A DNA stretch of 64,000 bases, from contig NC_043005.1 of the NCBI RefSeq assembly GCF_006345805.1, positions 14,632,001-14,696,000 on the forward strand. The letters are read 5' to 3'. Shown piece after piece: positions 24,130-37,650 of this stretch. Position 1 is the stretch's first letter. The number at the start of each line of letters is the position of its first letter. The translations under genes and the position numbers were made by a program. The notes under the pieces are model-generated. The model saw only the letters and a list, made by a program, of their open reading frames with translations. It did not search any database and was not told where the DNA came from. Origin of the DNA: Octopus sinensis. Lineage: Eukaryota.

Positions 24130-24222
24130 CTGTTCTGTTTTTTAACAAAACTGTCCGACGAATGGGAACGTGAAAACTCTGAGTAACAGCTTTTTTATAT
24201 TTCTGCTGCTTTTGAATAAAGT
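24128..24222 (+). mobile_element. Solo PLE-like repeat in (TA)n with CCGACGA hammerhead-like motif (24151-24189)
   Basis: cugu-CCGACGA-aug(ggaa)cgu-GAAAA-cuc(u)gag-UA-acag; homologous to the 22078 arm. Confidence 0.6.
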
Positions 24223-24249
24223 ATATATATATATAATATATATATATGT

Positions 24250-24490
24250 ATGTGTGTGTATATGTTTGTGTGTCTGTATTTGTCCTCCCACCATCGCTTG
24301 ACAACCGATGCTGGTGTGTTTATGTCCCCGTTACCTAGCGGTTCGGCAAAAAGAGACCGATAGAATCAGTACTGGGCTTACAAAAAAAAGAATAAGTCCC
24401 GGGGTTCGATTTGCTCGACTATAAAGCCGGTGCTCCAGCATGGCCGCAGTCAAAAATGACTGAAACAAGTAAAAGAGTAGAAAGAATAAA
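24250..24490 (+). mobile_element. SINE 3' half (CA-containing family)
   Basis: Reverse complement of 21095-21300. Confidence 0.75.
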
Positions 24491-25541
24491 AAGAGATGTA
24501 TGTATGTATATGTATGTTTGTTTGTATGTGTGAATGTATTTATGTATGCATATACATATATATTTATAAGCTGCGCAGAGAGTATAAATTCCTTATCCAC
24601 ACTCCGTAAATCTCCATATCTTTGGGGGGGGCTAAATGATAATTTCTAATATAGAAAACATATAAATCTGCAAAAAATTTTTAATTACTGGTTCAAAAGT
24701 TATAGGGTGGAGGGAGAATTCCAAAGAAGTACCAGCTTTTGAATTTGATACAATAAGTTCCAGTACAGCACTGGGGCAAGGTCGATAGAGTTTACTGTAC
24801 CTTTCTGTCTATGTTATAAATCATTATTCTAATTGTTATAAGGGCACCAAAACAGCTACAGAATTGTAAGAGCATTGGACAAAATGCCTTGAGGTATTTC
24901 TTTCAGTTCTTTATATTCTGAGGATATCAACTTTGCCTTTCATCATTTTGGGATTGATAAAATAAAATAAAATAAGATACAAGTCTAGTACTTAGCTCAA
25001 TGGCATCAACTAACCCCTTCCCTCAAAACTGCTCACCTTGTGCCTAAATTAGAAGCAATAATTATAGGGGCAATAGATTGGCAGAATCAGTACAGCATCA
25101 GACAAGATTCCTTGTGTTAAGTTATGTCTTTTTTTTTTTTTTGTTCCAAATTCAGATCTTGATAAGTTTCACTTTCTCTTTCTGTCATCCATTGATAAAG
25201 TATATACCAGTCGCATACAGAGACCTACTTAATCAGCTGTAACCCTCCCTTAAAATAGAAATGAACAGTTTTCCATAAAGGAAACAGTTTCATACGAACT
25301 GAAATTCCAGGAAAAATTTGTTAGTCATAAAGTATTTTCCAAGAAGTAATTCCAAGAATGGAGGTGTTGATATGAAGATCCGACATGTCCATTCTTTGAT
25401 TTACAAAATATATAAGACTGACTTGTTGAATGTATCCTTTCCTTACTTAAGACAGTAGGATGATATTTGAGCGTGATTTGGCTGCTATTTCTTGCAGGTC
25501 AAGCAACCATGTAGTGGCTCCCAGGATTGACAAAATAATCA

Positions 25542-25793
25542 TCAGATATCTACAGGGTTGATGATTAAATTAACTCTGTCCCACCCTGCTACTAAAAATG
25601 TGTGGCCTCTGTCAGTGTTAAGAGTTACTATTATAAAAGTTGTGGATTTTATAAGAAACCTTGTTGGACTAAAAAATATCCTTTGTAATGTTTTGGTTGC
25701 ATGGGTTTGAGGAAGGGGTGTTTTAATAAACCGAGTATCTGTGATATGCTGGAGTTGATTGATATATGTCCCCTTATGAAATTGGCCCAATAC
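25542..25793 (-). CDS. Candidate coding exon (VLGQFHKGTYINQLQHITDTRFIKTPLPQ...LQRIFFSPTRFLIK...)
   Basis: ttttaatgtttttag| acceptor followed directly by 83 open codons in phase 0; the 3' boundary (stop or internal donor) is unresolved. Confidence 0.4.
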   Translation of the reverse strand, partial: VLGQFHKGTYINQLQHITDTRFIKTPLPQTHATKTLQRIFFSPTRFLIKSTTFIIVTLNTDRGHTFLVAGWDRVNLIINPVDI

Positions 25794-26685
25794 CTAAAAA
25801 CATTAAAAGTTGATAATTTGTTTTATCAAAATTCCTTTTTTTAAAATTCATTTACTCTCTCTCTCTCTCTCTCTATCCCATCCTATACATACAATAATAT
25901 CCATATATATATATAAATTTGTTGAATTATTTAATGTGATATGTATACATTATTTTGTTTATATTTTTTGATTTTGAAGTAATTTGTTTTGTTTTGTTTT
26001 TTCCAAAGTTATTGCTTGTTGAAAATTATTTAATATTTAAGTTGAAATATTGCTTCCCCCCACCCTTTTTTTTTCCTCTTGTGAATTTTTTTTTTTATTA
26101 TCAATTAAATAAATAAAACAAAAGACATTTTGCAAAGGAAAACGATAAGGCAGAACAAAGATGGAGTAAAATCCTGATTCTAAGGAAACTGATGATGAGT
26201 TGACAACATTAGCAGCAACTGATCTGTTGGAGAGGACATAGAAGAGCTTGGTATTAAGTTCATTGATTGTGAGAAGTGAGGAATCTGTTTTGGTTCCTTA
26301 CTTCTTGTCTCAGGGCAGTTGAAGGTTATCAGACTCCACCTAGAACTCTCCAATATAGTTTAATTAGTCTAGGAAGTAAACTGGCAGTGTTGCTAAATTG
26401 ACAGATGAATTCAGTTCTGACCAAGATCAACTTAGCTTTTAATCTTTCCGGAAAGGATAAATGAAATGCCAGTCTCAGGATTTACACTGGCAGAATCATT
26501 AGGGTGTCAGACAGGATGTGTTGCTGTAATTTTACAGCTCTTTCCGTTCTGAGTTCAAATCTTGTCATGGCTTACTTGGATGGTAGACTTAATCCAGTGC
26601 ACAGATTAACACCACTACCTGGTCCACTGGTGCCTTTAACGGGGTCCACTCTGTTTCAAGCATTAGGGCCAGATTTCCAGTTTAA

Positions 26686-26905
26686 CCCTTTAGCATTCAG
26701 ATTATTCTGTCAAATGTAAAGCTTATGTATTCACACCATGTAAAATTAATCTTGTATCATTTCATGGCTTTGAGATTTCAATGATGTGATTGTTTATTTT
26801 TAAAATGACACAATAAGATAGCTATGAATGACTATATCTGACTAGGTTGAACATAAAATAGGTAGAATATTTTGGCCAGATATGGCCGGTTTAAACACTA
26901 AAGGG
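26686..26905. mobile_element. piggyBac-type MITE
   Basis: TTAA|ccctttag ... ctaaaggg|TTAA. Confidence 0.85.
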
Positions 26906-27707
26906 TTAAAGATACCTTCCTCTCTCCTTACTTTGTAAGGGATCTTAAGCACTGCCTTTTCTCTTAAGGATAAGTGAAAGATGTTGCTAAGTCATAATTA
27001 GTGAAGTCAAGGGTAATTTAAGCTAGCAGCCAAAGTGCTCAACAGTTTGCATAATTTCACCAGCACAGCATTGTAAATGAGATCATGACAATTTTATTCT
27101 TGAATTGTCCAGTTCACCTAGCTCTAAGAACCATGTGTGGTAAAATATACTGTTGTGAGCAGTAAGATGACAAAGTAATTTTGAAGTGTTTTGTTAGCTT
27201 ACAGTATTAAGTTTAACTCCTATGATCATAGTTTAACAAGGGATACTCTACTTGTACTTACCCCTTACATAAAGACAGTTTCCAAACTATGCATTTATGA
27301 GCACAGTGGGTTATGGTATTCACACTTACATTAATAGAGCTGCCTCAATATCCATGTGTGTGGATGTATATGTTTATATGCATGAATGAGTGAGTAGTGA
27401 ATACAATTCCATTTATTTTGCCATTGGTCTATTGACAAATGTTTTGGATTGAAGAAAAAAATAAGTCAAGGTTTACAAATATGTAACTGAAGTCTTCCTG
27501 ATACAGAAAAAAAACAAAAAACAGAAAGTACAATTTAAATTAATTCCAGTTATATTCAGGAACAATAAAGGAACATGTGAATAAACTTTTGTTTTCCATA
27601 TTTTTTTCTTAATCTTTTATCTTTTTATTTTGTGGAATTTTATTTCTTTTTGTTTAAAATTATATTTTAAATTCTTAATTTGTTTCTGTTGTTATTTTAT
27701 TTTATAA

Positions 27708-28106
27708 CTAGCAGTATAGCCCAGCGTTGCTCGGGCTTGTTTTCTTTTCGACCCTTTAGAATTAGAATTTTTGAAAAGTAAAAATTTTGCATTATGTAGC
27801 TTGTTATTCTCTTTAAGTGAACATTTTTCTGGTTAAAATACACCAAAAAATGGTGATACAGCAGTAAAAAAACCCATAAAAAATAGGGATTTTCATAGAA
27901 AAAAAAGCACCTTTTTGATGTAAATAATTTTTGGTGTTAACATGGTCTGATTTTAATTTTTTCTTCTACAGAAGGAAGAGCAAGCCTTCTATCATACTCT
28001 CAATTTTGGTCAACTTGTGCCGCGGGGTCTCGAAGGAGATAGTGTTAGTTGAAGGCTACCAAGCCTGCCACACACAGACAACTTCAGCTTTATATATATA
28101 TAGAGA
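27708..28106 (-). mobile_element. Non-autonomous Helitron
   Basis: a|ctagcagtatagcccagcgttgctcggg ... tatataga ga|t; family of 11010. Confidence 0.8.
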
Positions 28107-28190
28107 TTTTCTTGAATTTAACAATTTTTCACAGAAATATTAACTTTATTTTGTTGTTGCTGCTATAGTAGTATATTATATTAGTAGTTA

Positions 28191-28485
28191 TGTGGAGGCG
28201 CAATGGCCCAGTGGTTAAGGCAGCAGACTTGCGGTTGTAGGATCGCGGTTTCAAGTTCGTTGTGAGTGTTTATTGAGCGAAAACACCTAAAGCTCCACGA
28301 GGCTCCGGCAGGGGGTGGTGGTGATCCCTCCTGTACTCTTTCGCCACAACCTTCTCTCATTCTTTCTTCTGTTGGCCTGCTTGCTTAGCCAGTGGGATGG
28401 CGTCATTTGAAGGCTAAAACAATGTGAAGCACATTGTGACCAGCGATGTGTAGCAAAATCTGATAGCCTGGTCGGTCACGGTGAT
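28191..28485 (+). mobile_element. tRNA-derived SINE
   Basis: ggaggcgcaatggcccagtggttaagg A box; head shared with minus-strand copies at ~30770-31040 and 31440-31835. Confidence 0.75.
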
Positions 28486-28794
28486 ATTAGTAGTAATATG
28501 TATTTTCAATCTAATTCAGTGATGTACTATCTTTTTCTACCATAACCAACTGTATTTTTTTGTGTCTGTAGCCAACCCAAAGTTAACAGCTAAATAAACC
28601 CCAAATCAGTGCCCAAACATTAATTCATTTTGAAATTAAAAGAAAAACTAGTGTAGCAAATTACAGACAAGTTCAATAGCTTCCTTGTTCCTGGTATCTT
28701 GTACTCACGGTGTCATAATTTATTTTATTAGGTATACATATGACACAGTGATCCAGTAAATGTTTTGTGTGGCTCACTCCTATGCCATATATTC

Positions 28795-29100
28795 ATCATC
28801 ATTTAATGTCTGCCTTTCATCCTGGGATGGTTTGACAGGAGCCAGACAAGCAGAAGCCTGCACCAGACTTCTGTGTCTGTTTTGGCAGGATTTTTACAGC
28901 TGGATGCCCTTCCTAACACTGACCACCCAGCAGAGTGGACTGAGTGCTTTTTACATGGCACAAGCACAGGTGAGGTCAGTTTTGGCAAGGTTTTTACAGC
29001 TGGATGCCCTTCCAAATGCCAACCACTTTACAGTGTAGACTGGATGCTTTTTTTGTAGCACCTGCATTGACAGGTTCACCATGTACCTTGCAAGACAAAA
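28795..29100 (-). mobile_element. RTE-LINE 3' UTR fragment (internally duplicated)
   Basis: catcatcatttaatgtc tail; acagctggatgcccttcc motif occurs twice. Confidence 0.65.
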
Positions 29101-31439
29101 ATCTTTTGATAGGGAGGGGGCATTGGAGGAGGTGATCTTGTGTCAGATGATGAAAGGTTATAGTGAGAGAGAAACGGGTGCCTTGTTGTAGAAGAGGTAC
29201 AAGGTTACCCTGCCAGAGAGAGAAAGAGATCAGAGATGAGTACAGAAACAGGTGTGCTGCTGTAAAGGAGATACATGGTTACCCAACCTGGGGGAAGAAC
29301 AGGAGAGAGAGAGAGTGGGAGACAACAAGATAGAGGTGGTGGCAAAGTTCCAGGCATACTCACAAGGGACGGGAATCAGAATATAAATGGAATGGTCAAG
29401 TAAAGAAAGAGAGAGATATAGATGGTGGCAAGTGCCATGGTGAATTCTTGAGGTTTGAGTGTCATGTTATAAGTGGCAGGACATTGCCAAAGAAGTGTGA
29501 TTAGAGGGGAATGCAGTGAGTGGTGAAAACCTGGGTATATAGAGTGGGGGGTGGGCTACCGGATAGCAATGATACAGAGAAACAGGGCCAAGAGGACAGG
29601 AGTGAGAGGTAAGCATAGTGCATGAAAGAGCAAATGTGAGAAAGAGAAGAGATGTAGTTTGGTTTGTTGGGGTAGGGTATGTGAAAAGTTTTCTTGTTAC
29701 ATGTGGATGGAATACACAGATCAGGGGCTAGCAGAGAGCAATGATACAGGGAAACAGAGCTAAGAGGACAGGATTGGGGAGTGAGAGGTAAGCATAGTGC
29801 ATGAAAGAGCAAATATGAGAAAGAGAAGAGATGTAGTTTGGTTTGTTGGGGTAGGGTGAGGGAAAAGTTTTCTTGTTATGTGTGGATGGAACACAGCACT
29901 TCTAGAACTCAAGAACTTCATAATGTGCCCTGTCAGTCACACTTGAAGGAAAGAAGAATAAAACAACAGAGTGGGAGTGGGTGACAGTCAAGATGCTAAA
30001 ACAGGTGACAGTATTTAAAGGCTTTACTCCAAAGACGGTAGTTTAATCAGAATAAAACTGCAAATTTTTTTCATAGTTGTATTTACTTTATCAAATACTG
30101 GTGTTCCTCTTTCAGGTGAGAAAATACTTCCAACTCCCAACAGTTTTTATTAACTCTCTACAAAACTCAGATGAAGCCCCCAATAGAATACTATGTGGGA
30201 CAATGTTGATGCCATACAATGCTAATGTCGGGTGGCCATTCTGGGGATGCAGCCTATGAGGTCTGCATCCCCAAAATGGCTGCCTGACTAATTAGCATAC
30301 AATCACTCATCAATACACTTACACTCCAAACTCTGATCCACAGACAATGTTGTCTTACCACTCTGCTTCTACAACTTGTACAGTGGCTTCTGATTCTTGT
30401 AGCAGGCTGATCTTATACTACTTCTACTCAGATTCATCCAACTTACTCTGCTCTCCTAAAACCATTTTCTTTCTACTCTCACTCTGTCTTGACACTGCAC
30501 TAACTTTTACATCCAGTCCTTGCACCCCAGAACATCTTTCTCCTGGAATTCCCTCCCTGCCTATGGTTTTCCTGTAACCATCAACTTATAGATTCTTCAA
30601 GAAGAAAATCAACCACATTAATCTCAGAAATCCTGTGCAGGCTGTGAGTACAGATAATGGCAATCCTGGTTTCTTCTGCTTCTAATTTATTTAACAGCCA
30701 ACTTTCCTTCATTTTAAATAATTTATGCATGGATCAAAAACTGGTATTGGTACATGTAATAAGATGTTTTTTTTTTCTCTCAAGCCATGCCTGGCTCATA
30801 AGGGCCGGTTTCCTTGGCGTATAGGTTCCCCACCTGGATGGAACGCCAGTCCGTTGCAGGTGAGCTGCAAGATGCAGGAGAAAAGAGTGAGAGAAAGTTG
30901 TGGCGAAAGAGTCAGCAGAAGTTTACCATTACCTTCTGCCGGAGCTTAGGTGTTTCGCTCATAAACACACATCGCCCGGTCTGAGATTTGAACCCGCAAT
31001 TCCTCAACCACGAGTCCACTGCTCTAACCACAATAAAACATGTAAAATAAAATAAATTCATATCTCTTGAAATTAAGTAAATCCTGATATTTAAGGAGGG
31101 GTCAAAGATTGAAGATAAAAAAAAAATAATCACATCTGTTCACTACATACAAAATTATCTTTAGGGAACTTATTAACTTTTTGCTTTTTTCAACATAGAC
31201 CACCACTGAAATAATCTGAAAAATAAAAGTATTACTTTTTCAATAGCTCAACTCCCTAATTATAATATATGCCAAAAGAAATTATAATTCATGGCTGTAA
31301 GTAATTGGGAGATTGTGTAATAGACAAGTGTTGGTGCTTCCTTCACAAAGAGTAGAGCACCAGTGTGCTGTACCCCCAGCACATACTCTGATCCTTCTCC
31401 CACTCCTATAGCAGTTCCTGCTTTTCTGAATTAGTAATG

Positions 31440-31835
31440 GATGGGGATGGAAGCACTCTGTCGGTTACGACGACGAGGGTTCCGGTTGATCCGAATCAAC
31501 GGAACAGTCTGCTCGTGAAATTAACGTGTAAGTGGCTGAGCACTCCACAGACACGTGCACCCTTAACTTAGTTCTCGGGGATATTCAGCGTGACACAGAG
31601 AGTGACAAGGCCGGCCCCTTGAAATACAGGTACAACAGAAACAGGAAGTAAGAGTGAGAGAAAGTTGTGGTGAAAGAGTACAGCAGGGATCACCACCACC
31701 CCCTGCCGGAGCCTCGTGGAGCTTTTTAGGTGTTTTCGCTCAATAAACACTCACAACGCCCGGTCTGGGAATCGAAACCGCGATCCTATGACTGCGAGTC
31801 CTATGACTGCCCTAACCACTGGACCATTGCGCCCA
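31440..31835 (-). mobile_element. tRNA-derived SINE
   Basis: Minus head gggcgcaatggtccagtggttaggg and ggtttcgattcc B box. Confidence 0.75.
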
Positions 31836-33635
31836 CACTCTGAATTAGTAATCTGTTACCCATCACCCACATGCACTTGCAATAAGGATATATTCTTTTG
31901 GTACAAATATAAGAAATTCTGATTCACAATCAAATTCTCTCATAAGACCATTGGAGGAATGAAACTATAGATCCAAGGAGAATTAGTGACATAATCTGCT
32001 GATAAAACATGCACATTACTGACTTTTCTACTTATGCTTGAAATTTATTGATAAAGGAAATTATTCACAAAACTGAAAAGAATGTTACCTCCATGAAAAG
32101 GTAAACTATACAGCTTGAGGTTGCGATCATACTACAAAACTTAGGCAAGCCTGGATAAAGTGTGGGTTTTAAAGATAAACATCACTAAAACTAAAACTGT
32201 GAAGCTTAAGGGGATTGAAGAAATGTGTCATTGGATGGGTAAACTGCAAGAAGAGTAAAACGAGTTTAAATATCTTGAAACTTTTATAGAACAAGATGTT
32301 TTTGACACTGAAATTAACGAAAGATTTAAGAGGATAAATCAAGTAACAGGAGTGCTTTCAAATGTAAGGAAATATCTTAGGGATTCGTATGAAAATTTAA
32401 TGCATACGTCGCTATTAAGAAACGTTACATATTTGAAGAACCGTGGCAGCAAATCAGAACTAATTGTTTTAGAGGCCTCGAAAATAAAGAAATTTTAGGG
32501 AATCAAAAAGGCATCATTTTTGAGAAACGAAGTGTTGAGTACCAGAAAATTTCCTATAAATAAATAAGGAAGAAATAATGAAGAGTAAAGTGGCGATAGC
32601 TGGGCCACGTACTTCGGCCACAACCTGAAGGCCAGCTAATATCTTAAGGTAAAAGAGAACAATAGAAACGATCCTCAGAGGAGGCCAGATTAGAAGCACA
32701 AAATAGACAAGGCTAGCGACAAATTGTTGAAGCCCTTTGTATCAAGTGGTGTAGGAAGCAGTAATAGTAACAGTTAACGATTGTTTCAACTAACCGAACA
32801 TCCAGCCAGGCAGCCAAACTAAACATCAAACTATATAAAGGGGGAAAAAAATCCGGCTCTAATTCGGGGAGGTAACTCTCATTAGAAAAAAAAAATCTGT
32901 AATTTTTTTTAAAGATAGTTTTACTTTTACATAGCACCTACATACAACTAAAGTAAGTTTTTGAAGTTATTTAAGTCACTGCAAGTCATTGAAACACATC
33001 AGTTTTACAATGCTGTTACTTCACTTTCTGTGATTCTTGTTTAACAGTTAGGTGAACGCGCTAGAAAGAAGGGGGGAGACAGAGAATCTAGTGTCTGGAT
33101 CATAAACAAAAAGCAGCAATACAGTTGTATGGAAAATGTAAAAACAATCCATTGAGAATTGAAAAATCTTCAAGTAGTTGGAAGAAAACGAAAATGATCC
33201 GCAATAGTTACGTAAAATTAGACATCTACAGTTCAACAACAATCGTAATGCCTTCTTTACATTGGCGCAAAAATCATACAATCTTACAGAGGAGAGAGGT
33301 AATCAATACAGTATATAACTGGTACTATTTTGTCGCCTCTGAGCAATGATCTTTGCGACCAGAGCTGTAAAATAAAGGGACGTAATTATTGCAACACTGA
33401 TCCAGTACAAATATAGCTTATTGAAGAACATACAAAGTTGAAGGGAAAGAACAAGATCGATTCGTTTGACACCAATGCTTGACAGATACTAATCATAGGC
33501 AGATGGAAAAAGTCATAGATGACGCTGTTATGATCTAAACACAAGGAAATAAAACCCTTAAAAAGCATTTACTTCTAACATTTTAATATTCGACATTTCA
33601 TGTCAATAATCCCAGCGAGCCTTGATTATTATATA

Positions 33636-34905
33636 CGAGGGACGTTCAATAAGTAATTTCCCTGACCCACTTGCAGTTGTTTGATCTAGCTGAAATTTTG
33701 CATAGATTAACGGCAAATTACAGCTCTGAACTAATTGTGGTTTCTGATTTAGAGGTGTTTGAACTGAGTCAAGTGTGAAATGGAGCCTGTTGAGTGTCGA
33801 GCAGTGATCCGGTTTTTGTATTTGAAAGGACGCACACCATGGCAGACTTTTGATGAAATGAAAGTAACTTATGGTGATGATGCCCCATCATATGACCTTG
33901 TAAAACGCTGGCATCGTGAATTCAAACATGGTCGGAACTCTGTGGAAACAGCTCCCAGATCTGGTCGCCACCCTTCTGCCATTGATGAGGCATCTGTCCG
34001 TCAAGTTGGTGCTGCCATTTTGGAAGATCGACGCATAACTTTTCGCCAAATAGCCCATGAGATCAAGATTAGTACCGGGTCTGTGGAAACTATCATTCAT
34101 GACCATTTGCATATGCAAAAGGTGTCTGCCAGATGGATTCCCAGGCTGCTCAAACCTTTCCAGAAGCAAGAACGCGTCGAGTGCTCGAGGGTGAATTTGG
34201 AGACGTGCCAAGAAGATGAGTCAAAAGTTTTCAAAAGACTGATTGCATAGGATGAAACCTGGGTCCATCACTATGATCCAGAGACCAAAGCCCAGTCAAT
34301 GCAGTGGAAGCACCGTGACTCACCTCCTCCAAAGAAGGCAAGGGTGCAGCCCTCCGCTGGCAAGATCATGCTCACAGTCTTCTGGGACCAGGACGGAGTA
34401 GTGATGACAGATTTCCTGGCAAAGGGTACCACAATTACAGGAGCCTATTATGCTTCACTTTTGAGGAAATTAAGAGAAGCTATCAAAATCAAGAGGCAGG
34501 GCAAGATCAGCAAAGGCATCCTCCTCCTGCAGGACAACGCTCCGGTCCACAACTCGTGTGTCACCAGATCAGAAGCACAGGCGTGCGGCCATGAACTCCT
34601 CCCCCATCCTCCCTACTCTCTTGACCTTGCACCCTCTTATTTTTACCTCTTCCCAGCCATGAAGTTGTTTTTGAAAGGAAAGCGTTTCCCAGATGATGCA
34701 GCCTTGATTTCTGAAGTCACGTTCAGGTTGGAGGACCAAGCTGGGGTCTTCTACAAAAATGGTCTCCAGAGCTGCATCAAACAATGGGAGAAATGCATAA
34801 CTCTGGGTGGTTTCTATGTAGAAAAAGACTAATAACTGTGCCAAGTTTCGTTGCTCTACTGCTATGGGTAGTGGGTCAGGGGCATTACTTATTGAACGCC
34901 CCTCA
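33636..34905 (+). mobile_element. Full-length (1270 bp) mariner transposon
   Basis: TA|cgagggacgttcaataagtaat...ctgacccact TIR and its inverted copy ending cccctca|TA; transposase reading frame 33780-34832. Confidence 0.95.
33780..34832 (+). pseudogene. Mariner DD34D transposase with one in-frame stop and a mutated third catalytic Asp
   Basis: ORFs 33780-34250 and 34299-34832 are in the same frame; WIPRLL, IA*DETWVHHYDP, LLQDNAPVH, YSLDLAPSYF (D changed to Y). Confidence 0.92.
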
Positions 34906-35484
34906 TACAAGGAATGTGGATGACAGAATCAGAGGAATGTTGGATAAAATACCTTGCTATATTAAGTTACATCATTTATCTTTTGCAATCAAAACCTGTC
35001 AGTGTCAACTTGGCATTTATTTTTCTTCATTGCAAGGTTAATAAAATATGTACCAGTCATATACTGAGGTTGGTATAGATTATAAGCACAACAGATTATT
35101 ATCTAAACAAATTGGTTAAATTCAGAATTGAATCAATGAGCCAATGAATGAATATTCCTATCCATGTGGCTGAAGATCAGAGGCCACAGACACAACTCAT
35201 TTGTAGCATCTCCCATTTGGGACCTCCTTTTGTTCAGTATATTTATCTGCTGGAAGCTGTCCAGAGACATACAATCAGATGAATACCTTACCGTATCTTG
35301 AACATCTTGCTTGTCTAGGTATTGATATATTAAAATTTTGACATCTTGTAGCTGTCTTGGTAGAAGCCTGCAAGATTATCCACAATCTTTCAAACAACTT
35401 GGGCCACTTTTTTCATAGTTCAGTATCGCTACCACACATGGACATGTTTACAAAATCAAAAAAGCAACACAACACTCATGACTT

Positions 35485-35830
35485 TTGGTTCCGGGTTCCA
35501 GGTTCATTCCCACTGCATGGCACCTAAGGCAAGTGTCTTCTACTATAGCCTTGGGCCGACCAAAGCCTTGCGAGTGGATTTGGTAGGAAGCCCGTCGTAC
35601 ATATATTTATATATATTTATTAGTGTGTGTGTGTGTGTATGTTTGTCTATCTGTGTTTGTCCCAATGCTGGTGTGTTTACGTCCTCGTAACTTAGCGGTT
35701 CGGCAAAAGAGATCGATAGAATAAATAATAGGCTTACAAAGAACAAGTCCTGGGGTTGATTTGCTCGACTAAAAGTGGTGCTCCACTATGGCCACAGTCA
35801 CATGACCAAAACAAGTAAAAGAGTAAAGAG
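35485..35830 (+). mobile_element. tRNA-derived SINE (CA/GT-containing family)
   Basis: ggttccgggttc...cccactgcatggcacc head; body shared with the 8125 family. Confidence 0.7.
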
Positions 35831-35889
35831 TATATCTTTATAATCCAGAAACAAAGGCTTAGTTCATAGAATGACATCACATCTCATCT

Positions 35890-36180
35890 CCAAGGCCTAA
35901 GAAGTTCAAGAGCCAGTGTTTGATACAGAAAGCCACAGTGACTATTTTGAAGGATTACAAGGACATCATTCTCCTTGATTTTCTGCGTTGTGACAGTACT
36001 GAGAAGAGTGAGCAGTACATTGAGACACTCAAAGAAGAAAGGAAAAAAACTGAACAAGAGATTGCAAACAGACAACATTCACCATAACAATACATGACCA
36101 TATGCATCTTTAGTAACAAAACCAGGCAATGAACAAGCTGAGCTGGTCAGTGGTCTCCCATCCAATGTTCAGCCCAATGA
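35890..36180 (+). mobile_element. Decayed mariner transposase fragment
   Basis: SPRPKKFKSQ, IILLDFL, EQYIETLK, HNN, WSVVSHP-like motifs with indels. Confidence 0.6.
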
Positions 36181-37411
36181 AAGGTAGTCTTTAGGGGTAA
36201 AGATTTGATGATACAGGCAAGGTGAAAGTGACTGTTAGGAAGAGGGCACAACAGTGCACACGTGAATAATTTTTGAAGATTCAAGAACTGAGTTCAACAA
36301 TGGTGCAAATATATCATTTGTGATAAAGACTCTGTTGAGTAGTATCTTTGTATCGATCAACATCAATGGAAATTGTAGCTGTGATACCGGTGCCGGTGGC
36401 ATGTAAGACAACCATCCGAACGTGGACATTGCCAACGCCACCCGACTGGCCTCCATGCGGTGGCACAGTTCGACTGGGGCCTGGGAAGTAAGGAGGCCAC
36501 ACCAGGCTCCAATCTGATCTGGCAATGTTTCTACAGCTGGATGCCCTTCCTAAAAACACAACCGCTCCAAGAGTGTAGTGGGTATTTTTTATGCACTTTT
36601 TAAAAAATATATATATATATATACACACTATAATTCTTCTGGGTTTCCTGTCTGTAAAGGGTTTAACTTTATGACACCTGCCAAGAACTTTTAACCTATG
36701 ACCTCTTTAAAATACGGACGGAAAACGTCTGGATTATCTCCCTTCGTCAATGGTTACTGACTTCCACACCCATACTGCCATCATTCAGTTGTGAGGGTAT
36801 GCAATAGGGCATTATCTTCCTCTCCTGTTAGCTATCAACTTCTGGCAGTTCCCAAAAGCCCTGCAGAAATCTCCTAAAATGCAACAACTAACCTAAAAAT
36901 CTCCATTGTGGTGTTACGCATAGCCCCTGACTCAACTGAGTCCCTTAGGACTCATCCATGCATTTGCCTATGCATAGCTTGCAGTATTTCGTCCCATTAA
37001 TGTTGGGGCCTGGGTTTTTGAGAATTTTCCATGAGACTGAAGTGTGGAACTCCATCATCTTATAGTTGCCAAATGTGGTTGGCCAGCGATGTTACGTATC
37101 TCCTTTCTGGGACTCTGAAGGAGGACCAATGGTTGGAAAAACGTTTCTTGAATGAATTTCCATGGATGTGCGATGTCGGTGCTGTACTTGTTGTTGTTGC
37201 CACTGTTGCTGTTGTTGATGTAGTTGTGGCTGCCATGGACAGCTTTAGCGATGTCATCAACTGCAGCACCAACGACACCCCTGACAGCATCATCACTAAC
37301 ATCGCCTTCAACACCAGCCTTCCTAACAGCTTCCCTGATGTCCACAGTAGAAGACCTGCCAACACTCACACACTGGCAGGACCAATTGTAGCAGCAGTAA
37401 CAGACCCAGTG

Positions 37412-37650
37412 CTGACACCCGGCGAGCTGGCAGAAACGTTAGCATGCCGGGCGAAATGCGTAGCCGTATTTCGTCTGTCGTGACGTTCTGAGTTCAATTC
37501 TGCCGAAATGACTTTGCCTTTCATCCTTTCGGGGTCGATAAATTAAGTACCATTTACGCACTGGGGTTGATGTAATCGACTAAATCCCTTTGTCTGTCCT
37601 TGTTTGTCCCTCTGTGTTTAGCCCCTTGTGGGTAGTAAAGAAATCTATTG
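37412..37650 (+). mobile_element. tRNA-derived SINE (second copy at 37940-38160)
   Basis: ggcgagctggcagaaacgttagc head and tcatcctttcggggtcgataaattaagtacc core. Confidence 0.85.

Noticed and set aside
25542-25793. Hunch that the minus-strand exons encode a cellular RNA-dependent RNA polymerase (RIFFSPTRF resembles the RdRP 'TP.R' strand)
   Set aside because: The expected following SNRVLR-type motif and the DxDGD site are not seen. The similarity is too weak to claim without an HMM search.
37031-37483. 150-aa ORF and overlapping antisense ORFs
   Set aside because: Low-complexity CAA/CAG-type sequence that runs into a SINE head. It is probably part of the decayed CR1-like element region.
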